Sequence record: SRR22947727_633
Length of the DNA: 63,223 bases
Direction: 5' to 3' (one strand)
Shown here: positions 58,478-63,223 of the stretch, one piece after another
Numbering within the stretch: position 1 is the first letter of the stretch
Layout of the letters: every line of letters begins with the position of its first letter
The notes under the pieces: generated by a model
What the model was told of the DNA's origin: nothing
The model's input: only the letters and a program-made list of their open reading frames with translations
Databases searched by the model: none
Program-made: the position numbers and the translations under genes

Positions 58478-60454
58478 TTAAAAGTTTATTAATTCTAGGA
58501 GGGCTTTTTCAAATCTTTTTCTTGGTAGATATTCATTCTCTAAGGATTTTGCAAAAGGAATAGGGGTGTTTAAACTTGCGACTCTTTTGATTGGAGCGTC
58601 CAAATACTCAAATAATTCCTCTTGAACACTTGCTGCTATATCACTTGAAATACCACCAAACAAAGAATCTTCTTGAAGAATGATTAGCCTAGAAGTTTTT
58701 TTTACAGAGCCATAAATAGTCTCCCAATCCAATGGCATTAAGGTTCTTAAGTCTATAAGATCTACGCTTAGTTTAGGATGCTTTTCAAGGGTCTCTAGTG
58801 CCCAGTGTACCCCAGCACCATAAGTTATAATTGTAGCCTCTGTACCTTCTTTAACCAAAGCAGCTTTACCTATTGGAAGGTTGTAATACCCATTTGGAAC
58901 GGATTGAGAGATTGATCGATACAGTGCTTTATGTTCAAAGAAAAGTACTGGATTTGGATCTTCAATTGCGGTAATTAATAGGCCTTTAGCATCATAGGGA
59001 AAAGCAGGGTAAACGACTTTTAAACCAGGGGTTTTAGTAAACCATGCCTCATTGGTTTGTGAATGAAAAGGACCAGCCCCTACCCCTGCACCACAAGGCA
59101 TTCTAATGACAACATCTGCTTTTTCTCCCCACCTAAAATGGTTTTTTGCCAGATAATTAACAACGGGATTGAATCCTGAACTTACAAAATCTGCAAATTG
59201 CATTTCAACAATGGCTTTAAAACCACCAATTGACAATCCCATGGCTGTTTCTACAATTCCAGATTCACAAATTGGGGTATTTCTCACACGTTCACTGCCA
59301 AATAAATCTACAAAACCCTCTGTCACTTTGAATGCACCTCCATATAGCGCAATATCCTGGCCCATGATAATCGTGTTTTTCATAGAAGACATGACTTCTT
59401 TTAGGCCCTCTTGAACGGCGTCAATAAATCTAATATAACTTGTATTAACACCACTTTTTACTGCTTTAAAATTAAATGGGCTATAGACATCTTCAATAAA
59501 TGATTTTTCCTCATAGGCTATGGGCTCTTCCTTAAAAGCGAAGTCTAAACCCTCTTGAATGTCTGTTTTTATCTCTTTTTTGAAAGATTTAAGCATCCCA
59601 TCATTCAAAATATTTTTTGAGAATAGATAATTTTCAAAGTTTGTTATAGGGTCTTTTTCTTCCCACGCACTAATTAATTCTTTTGGGACATATTTTGTGC
59701 CGCTGGCCTCTTCATGCCCACGTCTTCTAAAAGTTATAAATTCAATGAGAACAGGTCTAGGATTTTTTCTAACACTTGCGGCTATTTCACTTATTTTTTG
59801 ATAAACTTCTACTATGTTGTTTCCGTCAATTTGGTGGGCTTCCATGCCATATCCAAGCCCTTTGTCTACAATTGCTTTACAACGGTATTGTTCGCTAGTG
59901 GGCGTAGACAATCCGTAACCATTATTTTCAATACAAAACAATACTGGTAAATCCCAAACTGATGCAATATTCAGTGCTTCGTGAAAATCTCCCTCACTGG
60001 TGGCACCTTCACCAGAAAAAACAGCAGTAACTTCGTTATTATGCTTCAATTTGGAAGCTAGCGCAATGCCATCGGCCACACCAAGTTGTGGCCCTAAATG
60101 AGAAATCATTCCAATAATTTTACTTTCTTGACAGCCAAAATGAAAGCTCCTATCCCTACCTTTAGTAAAGCCAGATTTTTTTCCTTGCCACTGAGCAAAT
60201 AACCTGCTTAGCGGTATATTTCTACTGGTAAAAACACCTAGATTTCTATGCATGGGTAATATATATTCCTCTGTATTGAGGGCTAAAGTCACTCCTACGG
60301 ATATGGCTTCTTGACCAATACCACTAAACCACTTTGATATTTTACCCTGCCTGAGTAGCACAAGCATTTTTTCTTCTATCATTCTCGGCTTTAATAGTGC
60401 CTTGTATAATGTTATCAGTTGTTGGTCTGATAGTCCTTTTGTACGGTATGTCAT
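58478..60454 (-). CDS. 2-oxoacid (probably branched-chain) dehydrogenase E1, fused alpha/beta
   Basis: GQEA, TPP motif GEGATSEG..ENNGYG, RGHEE, NTPICE, EMQFADF, HSQ, DLRTL.PLD. Confidence 0.92.
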   Translation of the reverse strand: MTYRTKGLSDQQLITLYKALLKPRMIEEKMLVLLRQGKISKWFSGIGQEAISVGVTLALNTEEYILPMHRNLGVFTSRNIPLSRLFAQWQGKKSGFTKGRDRSFHFGCQESKIIGMISHLGPQLGVADGIALASKLKHNNEVTAVFSGEGATSEGDFHEALNIASVWDLPVLFCIENNGYGLSTPTSEQYRCKAIVDKGLGYGMEAHQIDGNNIVEVYQKISEIAASVRKNPRPVLIEFITFRRRGHEEASGTKYVPKELISAWEEKDPITNFENYLFSKNILNDGMLKSFKKEIKTDIQEGLDFAFKEEPIAYEEKSFIEDVYSPFNFKAVKSGVNTSYIRFIDAVQEGLKEVMSSMKNTIIMGQDIALYGGAFKVTEGFVDLFGSERVRNTPICESGIVETAMGLSIGGFKAIVEMQFADFVSSGFNPVVNYLAKNHFRWGEKADVVIRMPCGAGVGAGPFHSQTNEAWFTKTPGLKVVYPAFPYDAKGLLITAIEDPNPVLFFEHKALYRSISQSVPNGYYNLPIGKAALVKEGTEATIITYGAGVHWALETLEKHPKLSVDLIDLRTLMPLDWETIYGSVKKTSRLIILQEDSLFGGISSDIAASVQEELFEYLDAPIKRVASLNTPIPFAKSLENEYLPRKRFEKALLELINF

Positions 60455-60553
60455 TGGAGTAATCTAACTAGTTATAAATGTACACAAACTTTCAAATTTT
60501 ACCCAATTAGGTGTGGCTTAGATTTATTAACTTTGTTTTATAAATACTTTATT

Positions 60554-61501
60554 ATGAGCGCCATTCCAAGTGTAGATTTAAAAGACTTTGTCTCTGGAGA
60601 TCAGATTCGCAAGCAAAAATTTATAAACGAAATAGGATCAGCCTTTGAAAACATTGGTTTTGTAGCCTTGAAAAGTCATTTCTTATCAGATGAATTGGTG
60701 GCCAAATTATACCAAGAAATTAAACTTTTTTTTGAGCTTCCTCAAAATATAAAAGACCAATATGAGGTTCCTGGACTTGCGGGTCAAAGAGGCTACACCT
60801 CTTTTGGTAAAGAGCATGCTAAAGGAAAAAAAGAAGGCGATTTAAAGGAATTTTGGCATTTTGGACAATATGAAGACGCTCCTAAGGGGTCTGGAGACCA
60901 TTACCCTGATAATATTCATGTCAAAGAATTGCCTCACTTTAATGAAATTGGCAAAGAGGTTTATATAGCTTTAGAAAAAACAGCCCAGGAGGTACTTAAA
61001 GCACTTGCATTGCATATTGGCTTAGAGGAGCATTATTTTGAACAATACGCTACTGCTGGAAATTCGATACTGAGGCCCATACACTACCCTCCTATTACAT
61101 CTGAACCAAAAAATGCAGTACGTGCAGCAGCACACGGAGACATTAATCTCATAACACTTTTGATGGGGGCTCATGGCCGTGGATTGCAAGTTAAAAATCA
61201 TCATGGACAATGGGTAGACGCCATTGCAAATGAGGACGAATTAATGATAAACGTGGGAGATATGCTCTCTAGGTTAACCAACAATCAGCTTAAATCTACC
61301 ATACACCAAGTCATTAATCCCCCCAAGGAACTCTGGGGAACCTCAAGATATTCAATTCCATTTTTCATGCATCCGGTCTCTTCAATGCCTTTAAATTGTC
61401 TTGAAAATTGTATTTCAAAAGAACACCCAAAAAGATTTGAAGATATTTCAGCTGGCGCTTATCTAGAAGAGAGATTAATTGAATTAGGTTTAAAGAAATA
61501 A
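60554..61501 (+). CDS. 2OG-Fe(II) oxygenase, isopenicillin N synthase family
   Basis: AHGDIN (HxD), STIHQV, RYSIPFF; start likely MSAIP at 60554, supported by TAACTTTG at 60528-60535. Confidence 0.9.
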   Translation: MSAIPSVDLKDFVSGDQIRKQKFINEIGSAFENIGFVALKSHFLSDELVAKLYQEIKLFFELPQNIKDQYEVPGLAGQRGYTSFGKEHAKGKKEGDLKEFWHFGQYEDAPKGSGDHYPDNIHVKELPHFNEIGKEVYIALEKTAQEVLKALALHIGLEEHYFEQYATAGNSILRPIHYPPITSEPKNAVRAAAHGDINLITLLMGAHGRGLQVKNHHGQWVDAIANEDELMINVGDMLSRLTNNQLKSTIHQVINPPKELWGTSRYSIPFFMHPVSSMPLNCLENCISKEHPKRFEDISAGAYLEERLIELGLKK

Positions 61502-61833
61502 TGGATTTGCAAGACCAATTAAAAAATCTTTTCCCTGATCATGAAGCGTCTGAGGTTTCAACAGACAGTTTAAAGCCAAAGGGTGATGTTCCCCTGCAAC
61601 AAGAACCTTTGGTGTGTAAGTACGAAAAAAGAAAGGGAAAAGCCACAACCCTAATCGAAGGGTTCATGGGTACTGAGGCAGAATTTAAAATTTTGGCAAA
61701 AAAATTAAAAAAAGAATTGAATGTTGGAGGGAGCGTTAAAAACGGAAGCTTAATCATGCAGGGTGATTTCAGAGACAAAATCATGCAACTACTTGTTAGT
61801 ATGGGTTTTAAAGTAAAACGAGTAGGAGGTTAA
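61501..61833 (+). CDS. SUI1/YciH translation initiation factor
   Basis: KRKGK..T.I.G, LKKEL.VGGS.K, QGDFRD. Confidence 0.9.
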   Translation: MDLQDQLKNLFPDHEASEVSTDSLKPKGDVPLQQEPLVCKYEKRKGKATTLIEGFMGTEAEFKILAKKLKKELNVGGSVKNGSLIMQGDFRDKIMQLLVSMGFKVKRVGG

Positions 61834-61895
61834 TTGACTCAAATACTTTTTTTATTAGTAGGAAAAGTATAAATTTATTAACCAATCCAATTCAT

Positions 61896-62828
61896 ATGAC
61901 ACCAGCCCTTCATATCACGAATGGAGATTCTTTCTCCAATTTCTTTAAGGACCTTCCTATCAATGGCACTGTTGTTACTTGGAGAGAAATGCTCTGTGAG
62001 GGTAGAACACTTCACACCGTAGGTACTGAAGATTTCTGGAAAGAACGATTTGATTTTCTTCACAAAAATTACAATATATCTAAAAGAACTTTTATTGACT
62101 ATACCCTTAAAGAGTATAGGAAATTGTGTAATCAAAAACGCCAAGAACAAATTGTTTTGTGGTTTGAATCAGATTTGTTTTGTCAAATAAATATGTTAGG
62201 TGTGTTGAGTTGGCTTAAAACACATAGAAAATATGCGGAAGTTTCTGTAGTTTCAAATTCATTAAGTCTAAATGCTGTTTCTTCAAAAGGATTTTGTGAA
62301 ATGCCATTAAATGAGTTGCTAGGTCTTTATGAAAATAGAACTCTATTAAATCAAGACGATATTGAATTTGCTGACTATGCCTGGCAATTGTACTGCAGCG
62401 ACAATCCCGTTAGAATTGCCCAATTGTCGAATTATGAATCGTTTAATTTTCCTTTTCTAAAGCAGGCATTTAAACTTCATTTATCTCGTTTTCCATCCCT
62501 TAAAAATGGGTTAAATATTCCGGAAATAAATGTGCTTAATACAGCGCATACAACTTCATTGGACAATGAAAAGGCCCTTATAGATACCCTGTTAAAAAAC
62601 CAAGGAAATTTTGGCTTTGGTGACACTCAATATTATAAAATACTAGAAAGCCTTAAACCCTTGTTTACCTCTTTAAAACCCGTCAAACTCAAAAGGAATA
62701 CCCCTAAAATACTAAATGGAGAGCACAATTATTACAGTAAAATTAAACAAGATGGGCTCTATTTAGGAGGCGCTTTAAAGTATGCGTATCTTTACGATAA
62801 AGAACACAACAGCTTTTTTAAACTATAG
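61896..62828 (+). CDS. DUF1835-like protein
   Basis: LHITNGD, WREMLCEG, LWFE.DLFCQIN, GFGD.Q. Confidence 0.75.
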   Translation: MTPALHITNGDSFSNFFKDLPINGTVVTWREMLCEGRTLHTVGTEDFWKERFDFLHKNYNISKRTFIDYTLKEYRKLCNQKRQEQIVLWFESDLFCQINMLGVLSWLKTHRKYAEVSVVSNSLSLNAVSSKGFCEMPLNELLGLYENRTLLNQDDIEFADYAWQLYCSDNPVRIAQLSNYESFNFPFLKQAFKLHLSRFPSLKNGLNIPEINVLNTAHTTSLDNEKALIDTLLKNQGNFGFGDTQYYKILESLKPLFTSLKPVKLKRNTPKILNGEHNYYSKIKQDGLYLGGALKYAYLYDKEHNSFFKL

Positions 62829-62829
62829 T

Positions 62830-63223
62830 ATGTCCTTAGCCTCTTCTGAGTTAATACTAAATGCAGATCAAAGTATTTATCATTTGCATTTGAAACCCAA
62901 TGAAATATCTAACAATATTATCACTGTTGGTGACCCTGATCGCGTGGCTGTAGTTTCCGCTCATTTTGATTCTATTGAGCTTAAGAAACAAAAAAGAGAG
63001 TTTGTAACTCATACAGGTACCTATAAAAACAAAAGAATCAGTGTGATCTCAACAGGTATTGGAACGGACAATATTGATATAGTACTCAATGAATTAGATG
63101 CCTTAGTAAATATCGATTTTTCCCATAGAGTGTTAAAAGAAAAATTCACACAGTTAAATATTTTTAGATTAGGAACCTCTGGAGCCATCCAAGCCAACAT
63201 TCCAGTAGACAGTATTTTAATTT
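62830..63223 (+). CDS. Nucleoside (uridine-type) phosphorylase, partial (runs off the window end)
   Basis: Manual translation: MSLASSELILNADQSIYHLHLKP..ITVGDPDRV..KREFVTHTG..STGIGTDNIDIVLNELDAL..RLGTSG. Confidence 0.88.
   Translation, partial: MSLASSELILNADQSIYHLHLKPNEISNNIITVGDPDRVAVVSAHFDSIELKKQKREFVTHTGTYKNKRISVISTGIGTDNIDIVLNELDALVNIDFSHRVLKEKFTQLNIFRLGTSGAIQANIPVDSILI

Noticed and set aside
60554-61501. IPNS-family oxygenase as a sign of a beta-lactam or other biosynthetic cluster
   Set aside because: No NRPS or tailoring genes nearby; the context is housekeeping (E1 dehydrogenase, SUI1, nucleoside phosphorylase).

Overview
AT-rich, tightly packed chromosomal segment from a Flavobacteriaceae-type (Bacteroidota) bacterium, judged from gene content (porX, fused lpxC/fabZ, fused E1 alpha/beta dehydrogenase) and TAnnTTTG promoter motifs. 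Most of it is core or housekeeping: ald(partial)-tsaE-porX, HD protein-lpxD-lpxC/fabZ-lpxA-efp-lpxD2-sucD, fabG, a his operon with a His-rich leader-peptide attenuator missed by the ORF track, a VWA/AAA pair, M16/M19/M14/M28 peptidases, a sigma-70 factor, menB, a TetR-ABC-HlyD-TolC exporter and helicases. The standout region is about 50.7-57.8 kb. A 4-gene module (putative novel regulator; TonB-dependent receptor, NicX/M29-fold metalloenzyme, NCS1 permease) lies between a degenerate dif-like site with a 9-bp spacer (50784-50814) and a canonical-geometry dif site (57759-57786). Just before dif are two inverted dif-like sites with 7-bp spacers, a lone half-site, and about 550 nt of highly structured non-coding DNA that includes a pseudoknotted RNA-like element. 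The geometry matches CTXphi-type single-strand XerCD integration, but the cargo is metabolic and there are no phage or integrase genes. This suggests an XerCD/dif gene-capture hotspot (inference). No rRNA, tRNA, CRISPR array or transposase was recognised. All calls are by eye; no database searches were run.
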